Source: Candidatus Cloacimonadales bacterium (GTDB taxonomy: Bacteria > Cloacimonadota > Cloacimonadia > Cloacimonadales > JAFGVF01). Taken from it: a stretch of DNA of 64,000 bases. The position numbers were made by a program, and so were the translations under genes. Below are positions 18,233 to 29,116 of the stretch, in pieces (the stretch's first letter is position 1; every line of letters starts with the position of its first letter). The notes beneath the pieces are model-generated. The model was not told the origin of the DNA. It saw only the letters and a program-made list of their open reading frames with translations, and ran no database searches. The DNA lies in NCBI GenBank assembly GCA_963677495.2, contig CAXXOU010000001.1:576001-640000 (forward strand), read 5' to 3'.

Positions 18233-18997
18233 TTATGGATTAACTTTCAGATATGTATCGTTTGGAATCCAGCCACCTAAACCGTTTGGTAGCTTAACAA
18301 GAGCCCAATCGTTTTGGAACTCCTCTAGAGTAAGGTTCATACCTTCATGAATAGTGAAAACTCGTGAGAAATCCTCTCCCGGCCCACTGTGCCCAATTGC
18401 CGAATCACTCATAAGTACAGCCGGTTTATGACTATTATAGCTATTAATTCTAGACACAGTAATAATAAAGCTAAGGGTGAAGATAAAAATTAGAATTGTA
18501 AGAATGAAAACAGGTACTGATTTCTCTCTATTTCTGAACTTAAGTAGGATAAAAATAATCATCCCAATGATAGAAAGAAAGAGAATCAACGAGAGCATAG
18601 ATGCTCTATTGATATTGAAAAAAGAGAATAATCTAGCCCAGATACTTCCGATGAACCCATCAGACGCATCCTCCTGCTTGTCCTTTGTTAGAGAAAGAGC
18701 AAACTTAAGGTTATTATTCGCCTGTTTATGTGAAGAATCGATACGTAAAGCTCGTTTGAAGTTGAGTATAGCCGGACCAAGTCTATTCTTTCTGAAATGA
18801 CAATTGCCGATATTGTAGTATAGATTAGCGTTCTTTACACCACGCTCAATCAATTCATTATAATTATCTAACGCTTTATCGAACTCTTTTTCTGCATATA
18901 AATCATTCGCCCTAATAAAGAGAGCATTATCAGAAAGAGCAATAGCACTGAGAGCAGTGATAGTAAATAGTATAGCAATAATAAATAATCTCTTCAT
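18233..18997 (-). CDS. batE: BatE (TPR + TM + SH3-like)
   Basis: TPR (LYYNIGNCHFRKN), two TM helices, C-terminal IHEG...GWIP; last gene of the Bat operon. Confidence 0.85.
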   Translation of the reverse strand: MKRLFIIAILFTITALSAIALSDNALFIRANDLYAEKEFDKALDNYNELIERGVKNANLYYNIGNCHFRKNRLGPAILNFKRALRIDSSHKQANNNLKFALSLTKDKQEDASDGFIGSIWARLFSFFNINRASMLSLILFLSIIGMIIFILLKFRNREKSVPVFILTILIFIFTLSFIITVSRINSYNSHKPAVLMSDSAIGHSGPGEDFSRVFTIHEGMNLTLEEFQNDWALVKLPNGLGGWIPNDTYLKVNP

Positions 18998-19006
18998 GAT
19001 AACCTC

Positions 19007-20806
19007 CTATTTCAGTTTCAGACGACTGATTTCATTAACCAGCTTCTTGAGAGTTTCGAAGTCTGTTGTGATGCTTTGAGCAGAAGTGCCACCCGGCATA
19101 AATCTTGCCTGATTACACTTTTGGAAGAACTCAGAGATACTCTTTATCAAAGCATCTGATAGATCCCTACTCCTCATCTCATTCAATATATCTTCAGTTG
19201 TAAGACCTTTAGGTACTCTAAGTTTATCAGTAAGGTACTTAGTTAACCCGTTTTGAGCAGCAGCATAGAAGTCAGCTTGTTTCTTATTTGCATGTTGAGA
19301 CGCAAGAGCCAGATACTTCTTTATGATTCGGGAAGCATTCTTCTGACGGAGAAGATCAGCATTACCTGAAAGTTTATCTTGTTGTCTTACATAAAAGTAA
19401 GTTGTAGGGAGAGTCGCAAAAGCAAGAATCAATAAAATCCAATACCAAGCTGTTGCATATAAAGGTTTGAAACGTAATACTTTCTTAGCAGGTATAATGT
19501 ACTCAATGTCTCTTCCCTCGAGGTTAACAACACTCTGAACATAACCTGTTGCATTACTAAATCTTTGATCACCTTCAGCAACATTGAGTTCATATTCTTT
19601 GGTCTTTAATGTCATATATCTACGTTTAGATGAATCAAAGTATGAGAATTCGATAGCAGGTATAGTATAGACACCCTTTTCTTGGGCGATAACGAGGTAT
19701 TTAACAGACTTACTGGCATTCTTAGAATTAATATTCTCATTCTGCACTTCAGGGGTCATAACTCTCATATTTTGCAGTACAGGGAAATCCGGTGCAGAGA
19801 AGTTAGAGATATTGCCTTCTCCTCTGATAGTTAAAGTATATTGGAATGAATCACCGGCTTTTATGTTTGGAGTGTTTATCTCTGAATCAAGCTTAAACTT
19901 ACCAACAGCACCGCTGAAAGACTCAGGTCTGCCTTGTGTAGGTAGCTCTTTAACAGTTATGTTCACAGGAGCATTTCTGATAAGTTTACGCTGTGGTGAT
20001 CCCATAGACCAGAAGCTACCAATATCAAGCCCTAACCTAGCTTCCAGCTCAAGAGTTGGAGAGGTAATCTTACCGGTTATATTGGGCATAAGTCTGACTT
20101 TCTTAATAGTCAAAGACCGATAGTTCTGCCCTTTATACTCTTTTATATTCCATCTCAATTCCTTAGCAGTATAGGTCTCCTCTTTACCATACCCGGGATG
20201 ATCTTTTTCATCTGATATTGATAAGCCTGTAAGATCCTGATTAGTGTAAAGATTGTAAGTAACAATAACAGGTTCACCTTTATAAACAGAGCGTTTATCA
20301 GGCTCTGCAACTAGAAAGAGTTCACCATCATTACTTGATTGTTGAGAAGAATCATCATAGAAGTCATCAAAGATAGACCGAGATCTCCTGGTTCTGGAAC
20401 GGCTGGTGTTAGTAGAACCCTCAACAACTTTTACTTCCAAGGGCTTTGTTTCAAAAGTTTCGTTTTTATGAGCAAATTTTATAGGAGGTATTTTAAAAGT
20501 CCCAACCTCTTTCGGAATTAATTGATAAGTAAATGTCTTTGTAAAACTGGAAGTAGTTTGTCCATTTACCCAGCTAAAAGAAGAACTAACGGAATTATTT
20601 ACACTTTTTAATGCAAAGCTCTTCACTGTTGGGAAATCGGGAGTATCAACAGTGTTTGCATCTTCACCGGACACAATAACTTTGAAAGTAACAATATCCT
20701 GTATTCCGACTGTGCTACTATTAACGCTGGTAGCAACCTTAAGATCCTGACCCCAAAGCGGGAGTAATAAGAGAACTAGACTAATAATTATATATAACTT
20801 CTTCAT
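19007..20806 (-). CDS. batD: BatD
   Basis: Signal peptide, Ig-like BatD repeats, FSGAVGKF, C-terminal TM, ARFMP. Confidence 0.85.
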   Translation of the reverse strand: MKKLYIIISLVLLLLPLWGQDLKVATSVNSSTVGIQDIVTFKVIVSGEDANTVDTPDFPTVKSFALKSVNNSVSSSFSWVNGQTTSSFTKTFTYQLIPKEVGTFKIPPIKFAHKNETFETKPLEVKVVEGSTNTSRSRTRRSRSIFDDFYDDSSQQSSNDGELFLVAEPDKRSVYKGEPVIVTYNLYTNQDLTGLSISDEKDHPGYGKEETYTAKELRWNIKEYKGQNYRSLTIKKVRLMPNITGKITSPTLELEARLGLDIGSFWSMGSPQRKLIRNAPVNITVKELPTQGRPESFSGAVGKFKLDSEINTPNIKAGDSFQYTLTIRGEGNISNFSAPDFPVLQNMRVMTPEVQNENINSKNASKSVKYLVIAQEKGVYTIPAIEFSYFDSSKRRYMTLKTKEYELNVAEGDQRFSNATGYVQSVVNLEGRDIEYIIPAKKVLRFKPLYATAWYWILLILAFATLPTTYFYVRQQDKLSGNADLLRQKNASRIIKKYLALASQHANKKQADFYAAAQNGLTKYLTDKLRVPKGLTTEDILNEMRSRDLSDALIKSISEFFQKCNQARFMPGGTSAQSITTDFETLKKLVNEISRLKLK

Positions 20807-20878
20807 TTTACACTCATATTATTTACTTTTGGGAATTGATAAAAACAAGAGGAAATAGACAAGTAATTTCTTTATCTA

Positions 20879-21574
20879 TTACCACCAACGTCCTCGACCA
20901 CGGCCGGCAGCTTTAGCTTTCTTCTTCTCTTTCTGGTCGTTTTGTTCCTGTTCCTGGAGAGCTTTCAGCTGTTCTTCAGCTTCCTTACGTTTCTCCTTCT
21001 CCTCTTCAGACATTGGTTGGTCTTCTTGTTCTTTCTTCTCTTCCTTCTTTTCCTGCTGTTGTTGTTGCTCTTTATCTTGTTTCTCTTTCTTCTTATCTTT
21101 CTTGTCCTGGTTCTGCTGTTGCTGCTGCTGTTGTTGCTGTTGCTTCAACATCTGCTTTGCAAGCTCATAGTTTACCTTCACATCTTCATTATCAGGATTT
21201 TCCCATAAAGCATGTTTATATGCTTCCAAGGCTTTCTCGTAATCCTGATTGTTATAGAAGATGTTACCAATATTCTTGAGAACCTGGTCTTTATTCTTCG
21301 TCTTTGAATTCTTCAAAGTAGTTTGATAAGCGGAAAGAGCTTCCTCTACTTTCTGGTTCTTATAATAAGCATTCCCCAGATTGTACTGGAGTTTGGGATC
21401 AGTCGGAGCTTTAACTGCATTCTCGTTAAAACTCTTCTCAGCTTTCTGGAAATCACCTTTATGGTAGTTCTTTGTACCTCTATTATTTCTAAACCACTTG
21501 CCAAGGTTAAACAATCCGGCGTTTAAAACCATAATTGAAGATACAAGAACTGCAAATATAATTATCTTTTTCAT
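20879..21574 (-). CDS. batC: BatC (TPR protein with Q/K/E-rich tail)
   Basis: YNLGNAYYK TPRs, VKVNYELA, poly-Q tract, terminal Trp; ATG at 21574 has a GAGG RBS. Confidence 0.85.
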   Translation of the reverse strand: MKKIIIFAVLVSSIMVLNAGLFNLGKWFRNNRGTKNYHKGDFQKAEKSFNENAVKAPTDPKLQYNLGNAYYKNQKVEEALSAYQTTLKNSKTKNKDQVLKNIGNIFYNNQDYEKALEAYKHALWENPDNEDVKVNYELAKQMLKQQQQQQQQQQNQDKKDKKKEKQDKEQQQQQEKKEEKKEQEDQPMSEEEKEKRKEAEEQLKALQEQEQNDQKEKKKAKAAGRGRGRWW

Positions 21575-21581
21575 GTTAACC

Positions 21582-22598
21582 TCAAGATATAAACCTTTCA
21601 TGTTCATACTTCTTACGAATTGAAATAACCGGTTCGATACAGATTAAGAGCAACACTATTATTGCAAACCAACGATATTGGTCTTTGTATCTGTTGAACA
21701 TCTTTGAACTGTATTTATTCTTTTCAAGTCCCTGGATTGTACGAAGGATTTCAAAGATTTCAGTCTGTTTCGGTGTAATAATGTAGAATCTTCCCCCTGT
21801 TGAACCGGCAATTTTACTTAAGCCTTCAACATCAAGCTTAGACATTACTATGTCACCTTTATCATCTTTGATATACTCAACTTCACCATTCTCATTTGCA
21901 ATAGGAATTGGACTACCTTCAGGAGAACCAATACCAAGAGAGTAAACAGTAATTCCGTCTTTACTCATCTCTGATGCTATCTTGATACCTTTCTCTTCTA
22001 AATCTTCCCCATCACTAACAAGAATAACTAATTTGTGTTTTGAATTATCCGGAAAAACATCTTTAGCTTTCTGAAGAGCTGCACCAACATTTGTACCGAA
22101 CTTAGGGATAAACTCAGTATCTAATGTATTTAGGAACATCTGGGCAGCACTATAGTCATCAGTTAATGGACATTGGACATGAGCCACTCCTGCGAAAGGT
22201 ATTATTGCTACCCTGTCACCATTAAGCTGTTCTATAAAAAGCGAAATATGGTCTTTAGCTCTTTCTATCCTACTTGGAGAAATATCAGTTGCATCCATAG
22301 ATTTTGAGACATCAATACATACTGCTATATCTATACCTTTTCTATGAACATCCTGAATCTCTTTGTCCCATTGTGGTCTGGCAAAAGCTATTACCATGAA
22401 AAGCAGAGCTATAATTAGTAGAAAGCTTCTAAGCCACCAGTTAAAATGATTGAAACCATTCAGATAGAAACTAAAGAATCTATCTTCTGCAAATCTATTG
22501 AATAAGCGTTTCTGCCTTTTACGTTCTACTCCAACAAGAACAAAAGCTATTGGTATTAAAAGAAGTAGAATCAGTGCCGTCGCGTTTCCCCAATGCAT
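21582..22598 (-). CDS. batB: BatB vWA-domain protein
   Basis: MIDAS DVSKSM, ARPQW, PLTDDY, SDGED; start overlaps the batA stop (TAATG). Confidence 0.88.
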   Translation of the reverse strand: MHWGNATALILLLLIPIAFVLVGVERKRQKRLFNRFAEDRFFSFYLNGFNHFNWWLRSFLLIIALLFMVIAFARPQWDKEIQDVHRKGIDIAVCIDVSKSMDATDISPSRIERAKDHISLFIEQLNGDRVAIIPFAGVAHVQCPLTDDYSAAQMFLNTLDTEFIPKFGTNVGAALQKAKDVFPDNSKHKLVILVSDGEDLEEKGIKIASEMSKDGITVYSLGIGSPEGSPIPIANENGEVEYIKDDKGDIVMSKLDVEGLSKIAGSTGGRFYIITPKQTEIFEILRTIQGLEKNKYSSKMFNRYKDQYRWFAIIVLLLICIEPVISIRKKYEHERFIS

Positions 22599-23578
22599 TA
22601 TATCCACTCCTTTCTAAGTACGAATCTATACAGTAACTCAGCAACTAATGTCACTAAAGCAAAAAACAACCAAATCGGAAAGAGCTCCTTCCATGTTGTG
22701 AACTTGTTCATCTTGAACTTAGATTTTTCAAGCTTATCAATCTCTTGAATTACTTTCTTCAACTGCTCTGTATTTCTAGCTAAAGCAGCTTTTTGGGTAC
22801 CGGTAATTTTAGCAATCTGATTAAGAGTTGGAAGATCCATCTCAATCTTCACTTTAGAATAGCCACCTCTGCTATTAGGAAAATCCACAAGTCCATTAGA
22901 ACCTACTGCAATAGGATAAACTCTAATGCCATAGGTTTTTGCAAGTTCCGCAGCACCATAAGGATCAATCTTACCTGCATTGTTCTTACCATCGGTTATT
23001 AGGATAATAACTTTAGACTTAGCTTTGGACTTATGTAAACGACTTACAGCTGTTGCAAGCCCCATTCCTATAGCTGTAGAACTGCCTTCCTGATTAATCT
23101 CAATATCTTTTAAAAGCGTTTTTAGTATATTGTAATCCTGTGTCAGTGGGCATTGAGTGATTGCATATTCTGAGAAAACTACCAAACCAATACGGTCATT
23201 CTTACGCTCTTCAATAAACTCTTCAGCAACTGACTTCGCTGCTTCGAGTCTGTTCTTTGGCTTAAAGTCAACTGCCATCATAGAACCGGAAACGTCGATT
23301 GCTAAAACTATATCTATACCTTTACCTTCAATTTCGACATTCTGTTTACCAATTCTAGGTCGTGTAAGCGCAACAATAATAAAGAAAATGGTTAACGCTC
23401 TTAAAACCATAGGGATATATTGAAAGAATGATTGATAACCTGATGCTTTCTTGATTATTGAAAGCTTACTAAAAGGTACACGTGACTTACGCTTTCTAAC
23501 ATATAAAACTTCCCACAATATATAAGCAGGAATAAGTATTAAAGCAATAAACCAGAGCGGATAGAGAAACTCAAGCAT
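22598..23578 (-). CDS. batA: BatA vWA-domain protein
   Basis: DVSGSM MIDAS, NRLEAAK, TAIGMGLA, LITDGKNNAG. Confidence 0.9.
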   Translation of the reverse strand: MLEFLYPLWFIALILIPAYILWEVLYVRKRKSRVPFSKLSIIKKASGYQSFFQYIPMVLRALTIFFIIVALTRPRIGKQNVEIEGKGIDIVLAIDVSGSMMAVDFKPKNRLEAAKSVAEEFIEERKNDRIGLVVFSEYAITQCPLTQDYNILKTLLKDIEINQEGSSTAIGMGLATAVSRLHKSKAKSKVIILITDGKNNAGKIDPYGAAELAKTYGIRVYPIAVGSNGLVDFPNSRGGYSKVKIEMDLPTLNQIAKITGTQKAALARNTEQLKKVIQEIDKLEKSKFKMNKFTTWKELFPIWLFFALVTLVAELLYRFVLRKEWI

Positions 23579-24491
23579 TCTGTTTCTCCTTTTCTAAAGC
23601 AGCTTTACGTTCCAGGTCTATCTTTTTAATCTGCTCAGCATATTGATACAACCAACTATAAGCCTTGTCGGCATCTTCCATGGAAGGCATCTGTTTTGCA
23701 TATTTAATCATATCACAGCTTTGAAGGTATGCCTTGATTTCAAGTCTTTCTTCAACTTTAAGTTCAGCTAATGCTTCATTGATTTCATAGGTTGTCATTT
23801 CAGCAGCATTAAAGTTATAGAACCCTTCAATTAGCTTTCTTAAGATAAGAGAAAGCTCAAAATAGTATTCGAGGAAGTTTCCATTCTTGAGAAGATCAGA
23901 ATCTTTTAACTCTTTCAAAGCACTTAATGCTGTCTCCCATGCCGGGATAACTATAATTGGTTTTTCTCTAACTACTTTCTTATACTCTTTCTTTGGTATC
24001 TTTGTAAGCAACCAAATGATGAGTACGATAGCAGCAATAACTACGATGATTAACAGATAATCAAAAACAGTTAAGTTTACTTTCACCGGACCATCAATAT
24101 CTCTAAGCACCGCACCACTATCAGGTAGAACTGATTGTACTAAAAGTGTATATTGACGAGTATTATGAATCTCCGGTATCTCGTTCTGCCATGATTCTAC
24201 TTCAAATGCTGGAAGTATTACCTGCCCGGTTTCAAATGGAGCAAAATAAATATTGGCTCCGGTAACACCATCTTTATCCTCAATAATCTCAGTAGCATTG
24301 AAATCAAGTACCGAAGATGTATCAGGAATCGCAATATTTACGCTATCAACAGGTTCTGAGAATGATAGTTTCATATTGATTGGCGTACCAATATTTAATG
24401 AATCTGGTTTAACGAGTTGCTCATCCATGCGGACAGCAAAGCAACTAAATATGAGTAAAAGCAGGGATAATACGATGCTATACTTCTTCAT
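23571..24491 (-). CDS. Bat-operon single-TM protein (DUF4381-like)
   Basis: Signal peptide, TM helix, EMTTYEI, DMIKYAK; usual position between DUF58 and batA. Confidence 0.75.
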   Translation of the reverse strand: MKKYSIVLSLLLLIFSCFAVRMDEQLVKPDSLNIGTPINMKLSFSEPVDSVNIAIPDTSSVLDFNATEIIEDKDGVTGANIYFAPFETGQVILPAFEVESWQNEIPEIHNTRQYTLLVQSVLPDSGAVLRDIDGPVKVNLTVFDYLLIIVVIAAIVLIIWLLTKIPKKEYKKVVREKPIIVIPAWETALSALKELKDSDLLKNGNFLEYYFELSLILRKLIEGFYNFNAAEMTTYEINEALAELKVEERLEIKAYLQSCDMIKYAKQMPSMEDADKAYSWLYQYAEQIKKIDLERKAALEKEKQNA

Positions 24492-24492
24492 C

Positions 24493-25377
24493 CTATCTCC
24501 TTGCCTTTTGCTTAATACGTTTCTTGAAGAACTTTTGAAGTTCCATTACATATGGTTGATCTGTATGTAGTTCAAGAGCATCTACTCTGTTATTTTTAAA
24601 GCCTTTTCTAATTCTATCCATAAGCATTCTATTATGCAAATTGTACTTATCTCTAACTTTCTTACTTGAGGTGTTTGCAGTGAATATCTCACCAGTCTCA
24701 GGATCAACAAAAGGTATAACCCCTGCATCAGGCAACTCACTCTCAGCTCTGTCGATTATCTGTAAAGCAAGTACATCGTGTTTACGTGCAAGTAACTTCA
24801 AACTATCCCAATAACCCTCGTCGAGGAAATCTGAGATAACGAAGATAATGCTTCTTTTCTTAGTAACACGTGTAATGTAATCAATAGCTTGTTTGAGATT
24901 TGTCTTCTTGCCTTCAGGCTGGAAGAAAAGAATATCTCTAAGTATCTGTAGAGCTATCTTCCTACCTTTTCTAGGTGGGATATACTTCTCAATCTTATCA
25001 GAGAATAACAACAATCCTACCTTATCTTGATTAGATAATGCAGAAAATGATAATACTGCTGTAATCTCAGCAATATACTCTGATTTAAGATAGTTTTTAG
25101 TTCCGAAAACAGTTGATGCACTACTATCAACAAGGAATATAACATTGAGCTCACGGGTTTCCTCAAATTTCTTAATATAAGGAACTCCCATTCTTGCAGT
25201 TACATTCCAATCAATATCTCGGATACTATCACCCGGTAGATATTCTCTAACTTCAGAGAACTCTAAACCTTGCCCTCGAAAGAGTGAGTGGTACTCTCCG
25301 GCAAAAACCTCTTCTACCAGGTTTCTTGTAGTTATCTCTATCTTTCGTATCCGTTTAAGGATATCACTTGTTTCCAT
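24493..25377 (-). CDS. DUF58 domain (vWA-like) protein
   Basis: GLEFSEVREYLPGDSIRDIDWNVTAR signature. Confidence 0.92.
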   Translation of the reverse strand: METSDILKRIRKIEITTRNLVEEVFAGEYHSLFRGQGLEFSEVREYLPGDSIRDIDWNVTARMGVPYIKKFEETRELNVIFLVDSSASTVFGTKNYLKSEYIAEITAVLSFSALSNQDKVGLLLFSDKIEKYIPPRKGRKIALQILRDILFFQPEGKKTNLKQAIDYITRVTKKRSIIFVISDFLDEGYWDSLKLLARKHDVLALQIIDRAESELPDAGVIPFVDPETGEIFTANTSSKKVRDKYNLHNRMLMDRIRKGFKNNRVDALELHTDQPYVMELQKFFKKRIKQKARR

Positions 25378-25380
25378 AAC

Positions 25381-26370
25381 CTATGCAATCTCTATTTCGT
25401 CAAAAATCCTATTTACAATGAAGTCCTGATCAATCTGTTCAGCTTCAGCTTCATAAGTAAGTATAATACGATGACGTAAGACATCTTTGCCAACTGCCTT
25501 AATATCATCAGGTAGCACATAGCCACGATGTTCTAAGAAAGCGTGCGCTTTTGCAGCTCTTGCAAGTGCTATAGTTGCACGAGGAGATGCACCACATTCA
25601 ATCATATTCTCAAACTCTTTAAGGTTTCTATATTTTCCAGGTTCTCTTGTTGCAAATACGAGATCAAGGATATAATCTTTGAGCTTCTCTTCCATGTGAA
25701 TCTCTTTGATTACCTCTCTCATCTCAAGTATCTGCTGAGGGGTAATAATAGGATTAATCTTCACTTCCTCATCCGGAACCATCAGATTCATAATCTGCTT
25801 TTCCTCTTCTCTGGTAGGATAATCAATCATAACCTTTAACATGAAACGGTCTACTTGAGCTTCAGGTAATGGATATGTTCCTTCCTGCTCTAATGGATTC
25901 TGAGTTGCCATTACAAGGAAAGGCTTTGGTAAAACGTAGGTCTGGTCTCCAATAGTTACCTGTCGTTCCTGCATCGCTTCAAGAAGTGCTGACTGCACTT
26001 TGGAAGGAGCACGATTTATCTCATCTGCAAGGATGAAGTTAGCAAAGATAGGACCTTTCTTTGAAGTAAACTCAGCAGTTTTCTGATTATAAATCAGAGT
26101 ACCTGTTACGTCTGCAGGAAGAAGATCAGGAGTAAACTGAATTCTATTGAAACTTGCATCTATTGCACTTGCAAGTGTGTGGATTGTCAGCGTCTTAGCA
26201 AGACCCGGAACACCTTCAAGTAATATATGCCCATTCGCTAATAGTCCTACAAGAATCCTCTTAATCATATATTCCTGACCTATAATAGCTTTGTGTACTT
26301 CCTTTCTAAGGTCATCTAATACTGAACTTTTCTCTAAAACTAGACGATGTATTTCATCAATGGTCTTCAT
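25381..26370 (-). CDS. moxR: MoxR-family AAA+ ATPase
   Basis: GVPGLAKT, RIQFTPDLLPAD, DEINRA, ATQNP, EGTYPLPEAQ. Confidence 0.95.
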   Translation of the reverse strand: MKTIDEIHRLVLEKSSVLDDLRKEVHKAIIGQEYMIKRILVGLLANGHILLEGVPGLAKTLTIHTLASAIDASFNRIQFTPDLLPADVTGTLIYNQKTAEFTSKKGPIFANFILADEINRAPSKVQSALLEAMQERQVTIGDQTYVLPKPFLVMATQNPLEQEGTYPLPEAQVDRFMLKVMIDYPTREEEKQIMNLMVPDEEVKINPIITPQQILEMREVIKEIHMEEKLKDYILDLVFATREPGKYRNLKEFENMIECGASPRATIALARAAKAHAFLEHRGYVLPDDIKAVGKDVLRHRIILTYEAEAEQIDQDFIVNRIFDEIEIA

Positions 26371-26394
26371 TTATCTCCTCCTTAGAGTAGACAG

Positions 26395-26886
26395 TTAAAC
26401 ATTCCATGATCTGGAATAGTTTAGCTTGCCATCATATCTTTTATTTTCATATATAATTTTATCTTCTTTTATAGTGAATAAACCGTATGAAGCAGTTTGA
26501 CCTCTATCAGTAACTCTTTTCAGATGTCCGGGGTTAATATAAACACGTCCTTTCATCTCTTCACAATATGCTACATGCGTATGCCCAAAGAGCACAAAAT
26601 CACAACCTTTATGTTTATCGAGTTGTTGAAGGTCATGAATCAATCGAAACACTTTACCTTCAAGGTTACAATCTATAGCCTGCGGCAGTTGCTTACTCAT
26701 CAGTCCGGGATGATAGTTACCTGGAACACGGTAAACTCGCTTTCCAATCGTCAAGTGATCACAAAGCTGAATATCTTCATAATTATCTCCAAGATGTAAG
26801 ATAGTATCTACACTTTGCTCTCTCTCTAAAATATTACAGAAAAACTCTTCATTCCCATGTGTATCTGACACGACTAATATCTTCAT
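26395..26886 (-). CDS. YfcE/MJ0936-family metallophosphoesterase
   Basis: SDTHG, HLGD, GN, GHTH, INPG motifs. Confidence 0.88.
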   Translation of the reverse strand: MKILVVSDTHGNEEFFCNILEREQSVDTILHLGDNYEDIQLCDHLTIGKRVYRVPGNYHPGLMSKQLPQAIDCNLEGKVFRLIHDLQQLDKHKGCDFVLFGHTHVAYCEEMKGRVYINPGHLKRVTDRGQTASYGLFTIKEDKIIYENKRYDGKLNYSRSWNV

Positions 26887-26981
26887 ATTTCACCTTTAAT
26901 AATTCTTTCAACATCAAACGTTACAAAAAAATCCTGTTAAAAAGAGACTTTTCAACAGGATCTAATATGTTTATCGCAAGA

Positions 26982-28763
26982 TTATTTCTTGGTTGTTTTC
27001 TTTTTTGTTGTTGTACTCTTCTTAGCAGTTCCTGTCTTCTTCGTAGAGCTGGCTTTTGTTGTAGTTTTCTTACGTGTAGTAGTTGACTTTGCTCCAGCTT
27101 TACCCTTCTGTTTCATCTCTTCCGGAGCTGAAACACCCATAAGATCAAGAGCTAGTTTGAGAACTTTAGCAACTATTTTTATCAGATGCAATCTTGCTCT
27201 TGTTAAAGCTTCATTCTTCTCATCTACAACTTTGTGTTTACCGTAATACTTATGGAACAGACCTGCAAGTTCCATCACATAAGTTGGTAATCTATGTGTT
27301 TCTCTAGATTCTGCGATTGAGATCAACAATTCCGGGAATCTTGTCATTTTCTTTATAAGTTCCATCTCCTCAGGCTCTATAAGAAGTTTGAGACTCTTAA
27401 GGTCTGACTTTCTTGGTTTCCAGCCGAGTTTCTTAGCATTCTTGAGAATACTATGAATACGGGCATGAGCATACTGACAATAATATACAGGATTCTCATT
27501 ACTTTCTTTCGTCGCAAGTTCAAGATCAAAGTTAAGATGTGAGTTTGTAGAACGCTGTAAGAAGAAGAAACGTGATACATCCTTGCCAACTGCCCTATAC
27601 AGATCATCCATAGTAACTAGTTTGCCAAGACGCTTAGACATCTTAACTTTCTCGCCCTGTTCAAACAGATTAACCTGCTGAAGGATTATGAATTGCAACT
27701 TAGAATGGTCATATTTAAGAGCTTCTATAGCTGCAGAAATACGAGGGATATATCCATGATGATCAGGACCAAGCACGTCGATCATAACTTCAAAACCACG
27801 TTGATATTTTGTTAGATGATAAGCAATATCAGGAACAATATAAGTTGGTGTTCCATCAGCTTTAAGTAACACACGGTCTTTGTCATCACCATACTCAGAA
27901 GATTTGAACCAGATAGCATCATCTTTTTCATATGTGCAATGAGCTTCAGCAAGATAGCTAAGAACTTCCTCAACCATTCCCTGCTTTCTAAGGTTCTTTT
28001 CTGAAACCCAGTTATCAAACTCAACATCGAATTTTGCTAAACTGCTTTTCTGTAAATTATGTATATATTGAAGTGAAAACTCTTTAAGCTTCTCAAGTCT
28101 ATCCTTTTCAGGCATAAGAAGAATTCTATTGCCTTCAAGACTGTTAATCTCTTTTGCAAGCTCAATAACGTAATCTCCATGATAAGCTTCAAATGGGAAC
28201 TCACCAATGTCTTCCCCTCTGAGTTCGCGTAATCTGAGTTCAACACTCTCAGCAAGAATATCAACCTGGTTACCGGCATCATTTATATAGAACTCACGTT
28301 CTGCTTTAAAACCAACTTTACGCATGATTTTGCATAAGGCATCACCATAAGAAGCAGCTCGCGCATTCACAATATTCAAAGGACCTGTTGGGTTTGCACT
28401 GACGAACTCAAGAAGTACCATTTTGCCATCACCATGTTCAGATGTACCAAAGTCGTCACCGGCAATGAATATCTCGAGTAAGATATCTTGATAAAGAGCC
28501 TGTGAAATAGTAATATTAATGAAACCGGGACCTGCAATATCCACTTTTGAGAAGTGTTTGTTCTTCTCAAGTTTCTCAGCTATCTTGCTTGCAAGCTCAC
28601 GTGGTGATGTTTTATTGAGTTTTGCAAGAACCATAGCTATGTTTGTTGAGAAATCACCATGCTCATTGCTTTTAGGTTCCTCTACACTATAACGATTGTT
28701 ATCCTCTAACTTTAGAGCTTCAACAATTTTACTTAAGTCTTCTAAGATTAATTCTTTTATCAT
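26982..28763 (-). CDS. argS: Arginine--tRNA ligase with a basic C-terminal extension
   Basis: EFVSANPTGPL, KMSKR, NPVYYCQYAHAR, GVSAPEEM. Confidence 0.95.
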   Translation of the reverse strand: MIKELILEDLSKIVEALKLEDNNRYSVEEPKSNEHGDFSTNIAMVLAKLNKTSPRELASKIAEKLEKNKHFSKVDIAGPGFINITISQALYQDILLEIFIAGDDFGTSEHGDGKMVLLEFVSANPTGPLNIVNARAASYGDALCKIMRKVGFKAEREFYINDAGNQVDILAESVELRLRELRGEDIGEFPFEAYHGDYVIELAKEINSLEGNRILLMPEKDRLEKLKEFSLQYIHNLQKSSLAKFDVEFDNWVSEKNLRKQGMVEEVLSYLAEAHCTYEKDDAIWFKSSEYGDDKDRVLLKADGTPTYIVPDIAYHLTKYQRGFEVMIDVLGPDHHGYIPRISAAIEALKYDHSKLQFIILQQVNLFEQGEKVKMSKRLGKLVTMDDLYRAVGKDVSRFFFLQRSTNSHLNFDLELATKESNENPVYYCQYAHARIHSILKNAKKLGWKPRKSDLKSLKLLIEPEEMELIKKMTRFPELLISIAESRETHRLPTYVMELAGLFHKYYGKHKVVDEKNEALTRARLHLIKIVAKVLKLALDLMGVSAPEEMKQKGKAGAKSTTTRKKTTTKASSTKKTGTAKKSTTTKKKTTKK

Positions 28764-29116
28764 TCTTCAATCTCTGTTCTTTTTTGCTGTATTTCTTGGA
28801 ATAATTTATCCAATTTGTAGTTCTCACGTGATTCTGCAAGGGTAATATGGACGATTATATCACCGAAATCTAGCAATATCCAATTCGCGTTATTCATGCC
28901 CTCTTTACCCAGAATACGCATACCCGATTCTTTCGCCTTTTCAAGCACATTTGTAGCAATTGCTTTTAAGTGCAATTCGTTTGAACCGGTTGCTAGGACT
29001 ACATTGTCTGTATAATCAGTCTTTTCGCGAACATCGAAAAACTTTACATCTTCAGCTTTCTTCTCAACCATCCAGCCTATCAAGCTTTCGATTATAGCAT
29101 TTTGTACTTCGGTCAT
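28760..29116 (-). CDS. rsfS: Ribosome silencing factor
   Basis: KKAEDV, WILLDFGDIIVH, RENYKLDKL. Confidence 0.9.
   Translation of the reverse strand: MTEVQNAIIESLIGWMVEKKAEDVKFFDVREKTDYTDNVVLATGSNELHLKAIATNVLEKAKESGMRILGKEGMNNANWILLDFGDIIVHITLAESRENYKLDKLFQEIQQKRTEIEE

Noticed and set aside
20985..21150. Poly-Q/K/E tract as a contingency locus, and the antisense ORFs 20942..21208 and 21013..21279
   Set aside because: The low-complexity tail is normal for BatC, and the antisense ORFs are shadows of it.
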